A stretch of DNA of 63,973 bases, counting the filler, from Craspedostauros australis (Eukaryota), in the NCBI GenBank assembly GCA_030167865.1. It is 16 parts of 16 records of this genome, joined end to end, with 100 filler letters (N's around TTAATTAATTAA, not from the genome) between each part and the next. Parts side by side here need not be neighbours in the genome. Positions count along the whole stretch, not along the records: positions 8,994 to 12,858 come from JALAGF010005011.1; positions 12,959 to 16,210 come from JALAGF010005013.1; positions 16,311 to 17,705 come from JALAGF010005014.1; positions 17,806 to 19,015 come from JALAGF010005015.1; positions 19,116 to 20,428 come from JALAGF010005016.1; positions 20,529 to 28,920 come from JALAGF010005017.1; 10 more parts are not named here. The stretch is one strand, 5' to 3'. The notes beneath the pieces are model-generated. The model worked only from the letters and a program-made list of their open reading frames with translations. It ran no database searches and was not told the origin of the DNA. Positions 12,685 through 24,951 of the stretch are shown here, one piece after another; positions within the stretch are counted from its first letter, which is position 1, and every line of letters begins with the position of its first letter. The translations under genes were made by a program, and so were the position numbers.

Positions 12685-12858
12685 CACAAGCCACTCTTCC
12701 GGTCAGTTGGAGGTTTCAACCCATCAGTTGATACCATCCTGGAGGTTTACTTCTCACGGCAACTCATCAAGTCGATGCAAGTCCACACCAACAACCATAT
12801 CTTCAACAGTGGATCCACGGCCAGCTTCGTTTCAGTGAAGGAGATCTACCTCTTCCTT
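12685..12858 (+). mobile_element. piggyBac-like transposase, N-terminal part of the DDE_Tnp_1_7 region (fragment, cut by scaffold end)
   Basis: LEVYFSRQLIKSMQVHTNNH...VSVKEIYLFL resembles the F.LFF...I...TN.Y...T..EI..FL segment of piggyBac transposases. Confidence 0.55.
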
Positions 12859-12958
12859 NNNNNNNNNNNNNNNNNNNNNNNNNNNNNNNNNNNNNNNNNN
12901 NNTTAATTAATTAANNNNNNNNNNNNNNNNNNNNNNNNNNNNNNNNNNNNNNNNNNNN

Positions 12959-15900
12959 CGAAGAGATCCGAACCATCATGGATTTCGCTTCGCTTCATCG
13001 CGAAGACATGCTTGACATGAACGCCACCATCGCGCGATCTGACCCAGACCCCGACTACGTAGCCCAACTGTCTAAGATAGCAATTCGGAAAATCTCAAAC
13101 GCTATTGGCTGGTTCAGTGCTCAACCTAACCCCACTGCAGAGACATGGCTAGATCTCACGGAAGCCTTGTACATGGAGTATGTCGCCNNNNNNNNNNNNN
13201 NNNNNNNNNNNNNNNNNNNNNNNNNNNNNNNNNNNNNNNGCCCGATGGAACCACCAGCGCATTCCCCTTCGAACCAACGAAGACCGAACCAACGGAGAAG
13301 ACCGGACGCGACCTCGCCGCAGACTTCAACCGCAGCATCAAACGTAACATTAGTGACTATCCCAAGTTGTCTGATGACAAGTACTTCGCTACATTCCATC
13401 GTCGTCTGCGTGCCACTGCTGCTGCTCATGGCATCTCCAATGTTCTCGATGTTGACTACACCCCGCCCGATGAACAAGCTGAGCTCTTCAAAGTGCAGTC
13501 CACCTTCCTGTTCAACGTGTTTGTATCCAACCTGCAGACCACGAAGAGTAGGAAGTGTGTCACTCCNTACGAGTCGATCTGTGANGGNCAAGCCGTCTAC
13601 TGCATGCTGGTTCGCGAGTACACCACTGGTGCTACTGCTGTCAACACCATCCGACGCATCCGCGACGACATCATCAAGTTCAAGCTGGATAAGCAGTGGC
13701 GCAAGACTCGTGAGCAGTTCCTGGACCTGTGGCAGCACAAGGTTCACGAACTTGAGGCATTGCGTGATGATCCCATCGACGACGCGACGAAGAAGGAGTG
13801 GTTGACGAATGCCATTGAGAGTGACAAGGCACTGTATCAGTCTATCTTCCAGACTGACTACCTGCAGACCGCAATTCTGGCCTACTCACCCGGCAAGACC
13901 GCAACCACCATGGTGTTCGATACCCTCGTTGAGCTCGTTCGATCCTACGCTGTCCAACTCGATGGCCACGACGCCAGCAAGCCAAAGCCGCCACGCCAAG
14001 TCAACAACACCGACCAGCGCAAGCAACGTGGGAAGGATAAGGACGACGGACCCAATCTCTGGAAGCCCAACAAGGACTACAGCAAGGAGACACGAGAACG
14101 GCTGCCACGTGAGGAGTTCAAGAAGCTCTCTGACAAGCAACGCAGCGACTTCCTCCAAGCCCGACGAGCCAACTCTGGACGTGGTAAGAAGGACAAGCCC
14201 CGGCGTTCCGCCAACAACACCAACCGCAGTGGATCCACATCCAACCAGAACGACCAACAGGACACCCAGACCAACGACAAAGGTAGTAACAATAACGAGT
14301 CTAGTTCTACCGCAGGAACGGCAATCAACCGTATGCTATCCAGTGCCATGTCTAGCGCGTCTGGGAACCCGCCGACTACCCTCGTCATTGACGGTCGCAC
14401 CTACNNNNNNNNNNNNNNNNNNNNNNNNNNNNNNNNNNNNNNNNNNNNNNNNNNNNNNNNNNNNNNNNNNNNNNAAGGCGCATTGGTGGATGGAGGTGCG
14501 AACGGCGGTCTCGTTGGCGATGACATGCTGGTGATGGAGTCCACGTCCAACCGTGCTGATGTTTCTGGAATCGGTGACGCGGAGATCAAGGATCTGGCGC
14601 TGGTCACGGCCACCGCTGTCATCCAGACCACCTCAGGGCCGGTGATCGGTTGGTTCCATCAGTACNNNNNNNNNNNNNNNNNNNNNNNNNNNNNNNNNNN
14701 NNNNNNNNNNNNNNNTGGCGCTGGTCACGGCCACCGCTGTCATCCAGACCACCTCAGGGCCGGTGATCGGTTGGTTCCATCAGTACGCCAACTACGGGAT
14801 AGGGCGCACCATCCATTCTGCCAACCAACTCGCGGCGTTTGGACTGGATGTCAATGAGAGGCCCAAGAACCTCCCTGGCGGTCGGCAAACCATCGTCACG
14901 CCAGACGGNNNNNNNNNNNNNNNNNNNNNNNNNNNNNNNNNNNNNNNNNNNNNNNNNNNNNNNNNNNNNNNNNNNGAGCTAGACGATCTGCCACACGTGT
15001 TCTTCACCTCCGACCAAGAATGGGACCCATCTGTCCTGGACGGGGAGGCTGATCTGGACAATATTCCCGCAACCGAACGCAGCGAAGGCGACGACATCGA
15101 CATCACCATCTCCAAGTGCGTTCAGTACGCTCAATCCGCTGCGACGCTCGGGGATGGGGGGAAGGCAACCAAGGCCGGGCCACGCAACATCGTGGGTAAA
15201 GCGCCCAATTTCCATGCGCTACGGCCGTACTTCGGGTGGATTCCNNNNNNNNNNNNNNNNNNNNNNNNNNNNNNNNNNNNNNNNNNNNNNNNNNNNNNNN
15301 NNNNNNNNNNNNNNNNNNNNNNNNNNNNNNNNNNNNNNNNNNNNNNNNNNNNNNNNNNNNNNNNNNNNNNNNNNNNNNNNNNNNNNNNNNNNNNNNNNNN
15401 NNNNNNNNNNNNNNNNCATGGTACAGGTGTTTGTGGGATCCAACACGCGCCTCACAGCGGCGTACCCTCTGGCAAGCGAGTCCCATGTTCCCCATGTTGT
15501 GCAAGACTTCATTCGGGAGCATGGTGCCATGGACGTGTTGATGTCCGACAATGCCACAGCGCAGATCGGAGGCAAGATGAAGGACATCCTCCGGCAGTAC
15601 TGCNNNNNNNNNNNNNNNNNNNNNNNNNNNNNNNNNNNNNNNNNNNNNNNNNNNNNNNNNNNNNNNNNNNNNNNNNNNNNNNNNNNNNNNNNNNNNNNNN
15701 NNACTGGCACCCCTGCCAGGTTCTGGCTCATCTGCACCTTGTACGTCGTGGGACTGCTCAACCATCTGTCACAGTCCACGGCCGGTCACGTCACACCCAT
15801 CCAAGCCGCCACTGGCCAACGCCCCGACGTGAGCAAGTACCTCAACTTCCACTGGTGGGAGCCGGTGTACTACAAGGTCGGACACGCTGCCTTCCCAGGT

Positions 15901-16210
15901 ACCACGCAGGAACGGCGTGGACGCTGGGCTGGACCGTGTGAACACAAGGGTGATGAACTGACGTTCTGGGTACTAGATGACGCAACCCAACGGCTGTTGC
16001 CGCGCTCCAGCATCCGACGTGTGTCTGATGACGCGCGAAACCTACGGGCAGACTACCCCCTGCCTGCTTCTGGGGAGGATGGTGACGTGGGTGATGAAGC
16101 TAGCGAAACCGGAAATCCAGATGATGTCGACAGTGACAGCACACCTAAAGCTAGACAACCCGTTGTGCATGCACTATCTGACCTGGTAGCCACATCACAT
16201 GGAGAATCAG
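12959..16210 (+). mobile_element. Ty1/copia (CoDi-like) gag-protease-integrase fragment
   Basis: Gag KRNISDYPKL...A.AHGISNVLD, protease ALVDGGANGG, HQYA..G.GRTIHS, integrase DFIREHGAMDVLMSDNA and FHWWEPVYY...GRWAG. Heavily gapped. Confidence 0.88.
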
Positions 16211-16364
16211 NNNNNNNNNNNNNNNNNNNNNNNNNNNNNNNNNNNNNNNNNNNNTTAATTAATTAANNNNNNNNNNNNNNNNNNNNNNNNNNNNNNNNNN
16301 NNNNNNNNNNAAGCTGATTGTACGAGATTGGCTGGTCATGACGCACATCAGGCACACAAGGAGA

Positions 16365-16855
16365 ACAGCACAGCACAGCACAGCACAGCACAGCGCATCA
16401 CCAGTCATTGACGCGCAGCACGGCGCAGCGCACCACAGCACAGCGCATCACCAGTCATTGACGCGCAGCACGGCGCAGCGCACCACAGAACGGCATGGCC
16501 AACACAGGAGGATGGTCACAAGGTGCCTTGTACCATCCACTCTTTCCTTTGTGGGAAGGTCACAGTCATTCTACATTCTGTGTNNNNNNNNNNNNNNNNN
16601 NNNNNNNNNNNNNNNNNNNNNNNNNNNNNNNNNGCACAGCACAGCACAGCACAGCACAGCACAGCACAGCACAGCACAGCACAGCACAGCACAGCACCAG
16701 TCATTGACGCGCAGCACAGCACCAGTCATTGACGCGCAGCACGGCGCAGCGCACCACAGAACGGCATGGACAACACAGGAGGATGGTCACAAGGTGCCTT
16801 GTACCATCCACTNTTTCCTTNGTGGGAAGGTCACAGTCATTCTACATTCTGTGTA
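16365..16855 (+). repeat. (GCACA)n microsatellite plus ~45-bp tandem units
   Basis: Directly visible. Part of it is repeated across an N gap. Confidence 0.8.
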
Positions 16856-17982
16856 AGCTATGACTACAAGCAGCAGAGAAACAGGAGGAACTCGTTTGAG
16901 ATGCGCTGTGTTTCCTCTGTCGACTTTGTGAGGAGGATTTTGTGCCTTCGCTGTGTCGTTGTGGAATGGAGGCGCAATTCGGGACTCGAAAAATGTTCGC
17001 ATTGGTTGGCACATTCGGCAGAATTGTGATTAATCTCCATGGCCCCCAACAGCAAAAACTGTTTGAGAACACCAAACACAACACAACAACACGACAATGG
17101 AGAAACACAACAAAACTCCTCAAGCGCCGCCGAACGGCATCGACGGCACTGCCACAACCAGCGGTCCAGTGCAAGATCCGAGGGCATAGGCGGAACCGCC
17201 ATGTAAATTTTGGTGGATGAGCGAGAGGGGGATGCCATAGTGGTCGATTTGGGGCCGTGGCAGGCCCACGCGCACACGGCACGATTCGGAGGAAAATCTG
17301 CTCGTTGGACATGGCCTCTGCCTGGAATGCACAGGCCATTCCAACGACTATTGATGGGCAAGACGCATCCANNNNNNNNNNNNNNNNNNNNACACGAAGT
17401 TTGAGGGTCGGGGGTGGCCTGGAAGGTGCCCTCCGCAAGAAACAAGTGGCAGGCAAGAGTTTTTTGGTGGGTGGCGGCAGACACATCACATGACTTCGGT
17501 GGTGATGGGTGCCGTTCACAAGTCACCCAAATCGCCAAGCAACTCATACAAGATGTGTTCGAAATCAACTCAAGATGGCCATGGCGAAGTATCCTGCGCA
17601 GATACGGTCTGGAAGAGGCTGCAGCCTGGGATGCACACGAAAGGGATTTTTTTGGGTGTCGGAAAAACAGCATGATGACATCATCACATGGAGGTGTACC
17701 TTTGGNNNNNNNNNNNNNNNNNNNNNNNNNNNNNNNNNNNNNNNNNNNNTTAATTAATTAANNNNNNNNNNNNNNNNNNNNNNNNNNNNNNNNNNNNNNN
17801 NNNNNGTGCACCACCTGCTCGTGCTCGCCGAGGAACCCGTTTCGGAGGATCTCCAAAGGTAAGCAAGTCCGTGCGAAAACAAGATCGTTTGTTGTTCACG
17901 ACTCGATCATTTTGACTCACGCATCTGTTTTCTTTTCCACCGCACAGCTCACTCGCAAAAAAGCCATTCATGTGGCTGTGAA

Positions 17983-18322
17983 TATGACGAAGACGGCTGC
18001 TCGTGCTTCGCGCCGTTCTGTTTCTCGCGGACGCGCTCGTCGCGCTCCAGAACGTCCTGTTCCTTCCATCCCGACTTCTCTCCAGATTCCCGCACCTGTT
18101 CCCTCAGCTGTTCCCTCCAGCGCCCGCCAACCNNNNNNNNNNNNNNNNNNNNNNNNNNNNNNNNNNNNNNNNNNNNNNNNNNNNNNNNNNNNNNNNNNNN
18201 NNNNNNNNNNNNNNATCGCCGCTAGCGATAGCGACAGCGAAAGCGAGGACGAATACGAATACGAAGAAGAGGAGAACTTCGACGAAGACGAAGACGAAGA
18301 CGAAAGCACACAGACCGAGTAG
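17983..18322 (+). CDS. Possible small protein with basic N-terminus and acidic tail; function unknown
   Basis: MTKTAARASRRS...DSDSESEDEYEYEEEE. Frame continuity depends on an N gap. Confidence 0.25.
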
Positions 18323-18775
18323 ATGACCCCCAAAACACACACAAACAACAATAACACATTTAGCGAATATAGTACATGGATTAGCCGTGATCAAACAATG
18401 CTGATGGGATGACTATGGTAGTACCTTCTAGACAATCGACGTGTCCGACACGGACTACTTGGACTACTGATGGAGTCCCATAGGAAAACGACGCCTATAA
18501 CGTATTTACCGCGCTTCCCATGGACTTCGCCTCAATTTTGCTCCCACCGTTTCGTTCAGCTTCCTCGAGTTCCGCGCATCGTCTCCACAAAAAGGCTTGG
18601 TGTTGCGTGCGGCTCCAAACATCGTACGTTAAACGGGTGCTCTTCTTTACGCACTTATAGTGCGGTACTCGCCTGTCAATGGCTTCGAGGAAGGATGGAG
18701 AAGTTCAGAACGTGGAAACCCGATTCCGTGAGCACTCTCCACCGTCCACGCCACATGCAAGACAGTTGATCATAG

Positions 18776-18962
18776 GAGCCCCTCGAGCGAGTCGACCAAC
18801 TGTTTGAAATGAAGAGTCTAGTCGTTTTTCTGGGATTTTTAAACTAATAACATATACATAATCCTCGTAGTCTATTTACATATGGTGGACCCTTTCAGAT
18901 TCTACTTGGTTTCATTTTAAGTTTTATGGAATGATCTATGTGTGCATTGCAGTCGCGTTGAT
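18776..18962 (+). repeat. Dispersed ~188-bp non-coding element (second copy at 48692-48879)
   Basis: Collinear with 48692-48879. Shared blocks GAGCCCC.CGAG.GAGTCGACCA...GTTTGAAA and TTTAAGTTTTATGGA..GATCTAT.TG..CATT..AGTCGCGT.GAT. Confidence 0.8.
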
Positions 18963-19115
18963 CCAACAGCAGCAAATTCGTTAGTTTCTGCCGAAGGTTC
19001 GATAATGTTCTCATGNNNNNNNNNNNNNNNNNNNNNNNNNNNNNNNNNNNNNNNNNNNNTTAATTAATTAANNNNNNNNNNNNNNNNNNNNNNNNNNNNN
19101 NNNNNNNNNNNNNNN

Positions 19116-19329
19116 CAGCTCCCGGGTGAAATGATGTCGTATATCGATGTGTCTCGTTCGTGCTGATGTAGACGGATTGGAGGCAATGAAGATAGCCCCT
19201 ACATTGTCCGCATACACATCCACTGGTTTGGTCATCGTCAACCCAATGTCCTCCATCAGTTGCGTGAGGAAGCGAATCTCCTTTCCTGCTTCTGATAAGG
19301 CGACGTATTCCGCCTCTGTTGAGCTGAGA
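19116..19329 (-). mobile_element. Second, slightly diverged copia RNase H fragment
   Basis: LSSTEAEY...RTRHIDIRHHF, with mostly synonymous differences from 19564-20428. Confidence 0.8.
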
Positions 19330-19379
19330 NNNNNNNNNNNNNNNNNNNNNNNNNNNNNNNNNNNNNNNNNNNNNNNNNN

Positions 19380-20428
19380 CTTAATACCATTCCGGTTCCA
19401 GTCAGTCCTCATGGGAGCTGCGGTAGAATAGGGTATCTTTGCAAAGTTGTACCCCCGATTCCTGACACCCTTCCATTGTCGCACCACCATACTCACTCAC
19501 ACTCACAAATCGTCTCTCGTCACACTCCCTTGTCTCGCTCTTGCACTCATCTCTTCTGTCCCATTAATCCATGGTTGATCTCAACTGAATGATGCTTCCT
19601 TTGTGTCTATCGTAGATCTCCTTCTTTGTGTTCTTGGTGAAGCCGTCTGCGATGTTGTCCTCTGAGCGCACAAATTGAATTCGTGCCTCTCCGTTGTCTA
19701 TCAGCTCCCGAGTGAAATGATGTCGTATGTCGATGTGTCTCGTTCGCGCTGATGTCGATGGATTGGAGGCAATGAAGATAGCCCCCACATTGTCCACATA
19801 CACATCCACTGGTTTGGTCATTGTCAAGCCGATGTCCTCCATTAGCTGCGTAAGGAAGCGAATCTCTTTTCCTGCTTCCGATAGGGCGACGTATTCCGCT
19901 TCTGTTGAGCTGAGAGTTACACTTCGTTGTGCCTTCGATCTCCATACAATGGGCACCCCTTGCAATAGGACGAGATGTCCCCCGACACTGATCCGGTTAT
20001 CCTTGTCTCCCGCAAACTCACTGTCTGCGTAGATCTCGATCTTCCATGCGTTGTTCTCCAGTGGGGTTGGTTTCATTCGTAGTCCGTAGTCCCTCGTGTC
20101 CGATACGAACTTCATTACTCGCAGCATCTCCTTGTATGCTGCAGCTGATGGTCCGTCCAATACTTTGGTAAGCTCACGCACCGCATTCGCAATGTCGGGT
20201 CGCGAGTGCTTCACCAAGTATAACAGCATACCTACTCCGCTTCGGTATCTGCTGTGTCGGTCACTGTCCACTTTGGGTAGGTCGCTGTTTCTCTGAATAC
20301 CCTGTCCTGGTGTTCCTGGAGTTCCGTATCGTTGTAGAGTCAGTACGTCATCCTTGAATGTATCGATGATATTCTTGATGATGTGTGGCTGGTTCACCCA
20401 GCAATTCGACTGGTCGTTGTTGAAGATG
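19380..20428 (-). mobile_element. Ty1/copia RT-RNase H 3' end (stop 19564), polypurine tract and start of the 3' LTR (~19522 leftwards)
   Basis: YRSGVGMLLYL.KHSRPDI, YADSEFAGD, WRSKAQ..V.LSSTEAEY, NIADGFTK. Purine tract AAGGGAG is followed by TG. Confidence 0.92.
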
Positions 20429-20528
20429 NNNNNNNNNNNNNNNNNNNNNNNNNNNNNNNNNNNNNNNNNNNNTTAATTAATTAANNNNNNNNNNNNNNNN
20501 NNNNNNNNNNNNNNNNNNNNNNNNNNNN

Positions 20529-21607
20529 CAGATCATCTCTCTCCGTCTCGCTCTTCGCGAGATGGGCATTCCCATCGACGGTCCCAGCTGGATGTTTGGT
20601 GATAACCAAAGCATCATCACCTCGTCTACTGTGCCCATGAGCATGCTGTCCAAGCGGCACAATGCTCTCGCCTACCACAGGGTCCGCTCCGCAGTCGCTG
20701 CTGGGGTACTCTACTTCGTCAAAATTCACGGCTCCCAAAATGTGGCCGACATCATGACCAAGTTCCTCCCATGGGCATCCTTCTGGNNNNNNNNNNNNNN
20801 NNNNNNNNNNNNNNNNNNNNNNNNNNNNNNNNNNNNCTCCCAAAATGTGGCCGACATCATGACCAAGTTCCTCCCATGGGCATCCTTCTGGCCCCTCGTC
20901 AAGCCACTGCTCTTCTGGAAGGGTACCAGCCCCTCTCCGGATCGCGTCACCTGAACTGCTACCTACATCGAGACACACTTTGGGGAGTATTAGCTCAAAC
21001 TAGTATTCCCATTAGTCGTGTTAAGATTTAGTCTAGTTANTCAAATGCCCGACTGCTCAGAATGTTTGAGCGGGATTGAAGCGTGACTCGATGTCGGTGG
21101 GATGGGGTCCCANGGGGTCTCTCCCCACGAATCGTGCTCTACTTATGACGATGTCGCATGTCCGCTGAATTTGGGTTTGGGCGATCATGCCATCCCACGC
21201 CACTTATGGACGTGACATGACCTGTCCTGGATGGACACACGTACCAAACCGTTGGATGAACAAAGTCCCCCAAATCGATCGGAAGAGAGTGAACAACAAA
21301 CTCTCTCTCCGACCATCACGAAATTGATGTCTCCTCTCTCGAATGGCAACATCGGCACCGCGATGATTGCACGTGGGAGACTCAACGCTCCACTATACCA
21401 CTACTAATAGAGATGATGCAGATCCAACTCTAATGGATCTGCTCATCACCTGCTCACAATCCTTTTGAAAGTCTCATTTGGATTCGTTACAGCTTTAAAG
21501 ACTAAGAAACACACTCACACACAAACTCACCAACCTACTGCACTACCACGGATTGATCACCCTTCGGCGTACAGTAAGTTACCCTCGTTTTCTATATCGT
21601 TCTATCA
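20529..21607 (+). mobile_element. CoDi-like copia RNase H end (stop 20954), PPT GGGGAG (20982-20987) and probable 3' LTR (~20988-21607)
   Basis: MGIPIDGPSWMFGDNQS...KRHNALAYHRVR...NVADIMTK. LTR limits are inferred from the PPT and the TATTAG...CTATCA ends. Confidence 0.75.
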
Positions 21608-22192
21608 GTTTCGAAGCGGCGTCTTCGAGAGCTCGGAGGATGGCTACGAGGTTACCCAACGGCACCGGCAATCACAACGCTGCTAATGGCAATGCTACGG
21701 AGCCAACTGGAGGGGTCCACGTATCTGCAGATGTCCTCTCCCGGAAGTCTTCTCCACGAGGCGGCCACAAGTCAGGAATCGGTAGGCCCGCAAGCTTTGC
21801 GCAAGGGCATTCTGTCGTCGAAGTGGGTAGAGATTCAGCAGCAGTTCCTGCAACAGCAGAAGACCCGGAGGACAGCGGCAGCATGGGCACGGCAGGTCGT
21901 TCGACGAATATGGCACATTGCCTGGGAACACTGGTCGGTCCGAAATGATGCTATGTTCCACGGTGACAACTCGGCCGAATCCGAAATGGTTCAGGCCCTA
22001 CATGACAGGGCTCAATCACTTCGGCTTCGCCTCGAGAGCAGTCCGGATTCCTATCGGCGACTCTTACAGTCGGCCCCGGCAGAAGAAGCGCAAGTAACAC
22101 AGGTTGCGGTGTGGGTGGAGCAGGCAGCACGGCGATTGGGTGAGGCGGCCGCCACAGGCGTCCTCTTCCGATGGCTGCAGTGCAGGTATTAG
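21608..22192 (+). mobile_element. Non-LTR retrotransposon (Ambal/L1-like) ORF C-terminal fragment
   Basis: L..WL...T.P.I then Q..VG...L.KG..S..W...Q...W...V.R.W...W..W..RN...H. The same Trp pattern occurs in the RNase H-bearing LINE at 52136-53338. Confidence 0.7.
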
Positions 22193-22233
22193 AGCACTAT
22201 CGTAAAAATCACGAGGGGTGAGCAAAAGCAAAG

Positions 22234-22303
22234 TACCATGCCGGGATTTGAACCCGGAACCTCAGTTAGAATTACTGGTGCTCTACCGTTGAGCTACAGG
22301 CGA
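22234..22303 (-). pseudogene. tRNA-like sequence (tRNA pseudogene or SINE head)
   Basis: Minus strand has A-box TAGCTCAACGG, a D stem, CAGT/ACTG around a 7-nt loop, and a perfect T arm CCGGG-TTCAAAT-CCCGG. The acceptor stem is mismatched and the loop lacks U33. Confidence 0.7.
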
Positions 22304-22591
22304 TGCGATTGCTGATCCGAACACAAGTGAAATTTATAGATAGTGGGGGCTACGGGAGTAACGTACTTAGCACTATTCAATTTTGTGCTGATAGCAGGCA
22401 TGTGCACCCGGACCCCAGCTAAACAGCAGCGGCACACACATACATACAATGAATGAGCAATCTATGGATTCCGTGCTCCCTTCGCGCCAAGCGCGAAGTT
22501 GAAAGGAGGCGGAGAAAAGCGCCTTCGGCGCAGCCTCATAAGAGGGTTTAATCTTTGCGTTTTTATATTATTTGGGTGGTAGGACTGCGAG

Positions 22592-23137
22592 GTACGCACA
22601 ATTCTGTACAGTAGATTGCCCATATGTGCATATAAAATGTCAATCACAATCGAATCCAACCCGGCGCGCACTTACAACACACCCCAGAGGACCTGGTCAC
22701 GAAGTATGAGGTCTTAGATCCGTCTGGAAGGTGTTCAAATCTGAGAATCTAGAATTTGTGTGGTGCCGTGAGTGACAGTACTACGACCTACGCATCAGGC
22801 TGGACTGGCCCTTCCACACGGATACCCTGCGAACGCATCCAAGCCCTCATACTTCGTGGCCAGATCCTTTGGAGTGTGTTGTAATTGGGTGCCAGGTTGA
22901 ATTTGATTCCGGTCGACATTTTCTATGCACATTTTGACAATCTACTGTACGGTTCGATGCGTAGCTCATAGTACTGTCACCCACAGCACCACACAAAATC
23001 TAGATCCATCGATTTGAACACCTTCCAGATGGACTGGAGACCTCATACTTCGTGGCCAGACGCTTTGGGGTGTGTTGTAAGTGCGCGCCGGGTTGGATTT
23101 GATTGTGATTGACATTTTGTATGCACATATGACCAAT
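22592..23137. repeat. Foldback-like inverted array of a ~195-bp unit
   Basis: 22615-22796 and 22956-23137 are inverted copies. 22848-22964 is a further, more diverged inverted partial copy. Confidence 0.85.
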
Positions 23138-23654
23138 GCATTACACACAATGACCGAATGACAGCACATGAACTGACTAAATGTAATCTGAATCTCCTTG
23201 CAGTTGGATGTAGCTGTTCCAAGGTAGGTACATGCCAATGGCTGATGTTAGTATGCAATCGATAATAGCTGGTTTGACTCTCTGCTCAGCAGGATTCATC
23301 GACAACATCATACACTAGACTACTTTCCACTGTTCTGCAGTGAAATGTTGTGTTGTTGGATTCGTGGCTAAATTATTATTTTCGCCGTTGTCACAGGGAC
23401 GCGCCGGCCAAAATTCCGGCCATTGTGATTGGCCAATACCAAAACGACCTGGTTAGTGGACTTTGGCTTCCAAAACGACCTGGTTAGTGAATTTCCTCGA
23501 ATAGAATAGTTGTAGCCGTAGCTCGATGCGAGCACAGCCACATTCATGTATTGCGTAATATGAAACCACATCATAATACAATGCAGTTGTGCGGAGAAAC
23601 ACAAGCGTGCAAGTGCATGCGATTGCTTCCCTTTCACCAACGTCCCAGTCCAGT

Positions 23655-24015
23655 TCATTTGCCGTAACCACTGCTGGACGACAGCTTGGGATACAACTCG
23701 CACGTCTTCAAGGCTTCGTTGAACTTATCGCGCAGCGTATCAAAGTCCTCCAATCCCACAGCGATGCGGATGAGGTTGGGCGAGACGTCGTAGCTCATGG
23801 CAAAATCCAACTCATGATAATGCGCCAGCAGCGTGTAGGGACACACCAGCGTGAAATTGATCCCCAACGACGGACCCTTCGCGATGTCGAGCACATCGTA
23901 GAACGTCCGCTGGCACATGTGCGAGTTGAGGTGGATGGACATCAGTCCTCCGTACCCGCCGTTGGTCTTGAGGTATTCGGAAAAAGAGGGGCGCACAGAA
24001 CTTGGGGTACAACAC
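23655..24015 (-). pseudogene. 3' fragment of a cystathionine gamma-synthase-like PLP enzyme (Cys/Met metabolism family), frameshifted
   Basis: GGYGGLMS, FYD.L...KGPSLG.NFTLVCPYTLLAHY.ELD, LIRIAVGLED. One extra T at 23981-23985 separates VLYPKFCAPLF from SEYLK. No 5' part of the gene upstream. Confidence 0.8.
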
Positions 24016-24730
24016 GCATGAGTCTTTGGGACACTCGGCAGAAGTCCGGATTCGTTTCAACCGATACCAATTATACGTACAATTGTATCATGATGTTCTG
24101 TTTATCTGATGCATAATTGTCCATATGGTTGTCAATTGCTCCCTTTAGAATGTCATGAGCCGCAACAGATATACTCCACGACATTCCAGACAATTTCACA
24201 AGGTAGAAATAGTTTATCAATACAGATGTGATGACCAATGGAATGCCAGATGTCTATTACATTGTTTATTATTTAATGTGATGGGTCTTTTTGATCGTGC
24301 TCAAAATGTTTATGCGTGTCCCTTCTCCTTGCGTGTTATGTGCACTCTTGGTGGCCAAACTGTGTATGGAGTGGAATGCCAAGCTCGTGTTCTGTCGGGT
24401 CACCCCAACGATCCCATGCAGTTTTCCGTGTTTCTCATCGAGAAGAAAACAGTGAGATTTATTGCGGTTGTTCCTGTTTTTGTTCTTTGCAGTCACACAA
24501 CACGTAATTGAACACACGTTATACACCTTGCGGAACTCTCAAGAACCAACGAAGATCGCTGCCTCTCAGCAACCAACATGGACGTGAGGCATGTCACCTA
24601 TCATGGACGTGTTGTGCAGAGCCATCGTCCTCTTCCTGTGCACTGTACCATGCTTCTCCACATGAAAGTACCCATACTCGCTTCGAACGATCTTGGATCC
24701 CTTTTCACATCTCATAAAAACAACTGTCTC

Positions 24731-24773
<43 letters not shown>

Positions 24774-24951
24774 NNNNNNNNNNNNNNNNNNNNNNNNNNN
24801 NNNNNNNNNNNNNNNNNNNNNNNNNNNNNNNNNNNNNNNNNNNNNNNNNNNNNNNNNNNNNNNNNNNNNNNNNNNNNNNNNNNNNNNNNNNNNNNNNNNN
24901 NNNNNNNNNNNNNNNNNNNNNNNNNACAACAACAACAACAACAACAACAAC
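24731..24951 (+). repeat. (CAA)n microsatellite, gapped
   Basis: Directly visible. Confidence 0.95.

Noticed and set aside
16942..17705. Short ORFs on the GCACA-repeat scaffold
   Set aside because: Several stops and no convincing motif.
22234..22303. Functional tRNA-Glu(TTC)
   Set aside because: The acceptor stem has three mismatches and the anticodon loop lacks U33 and purine 37.
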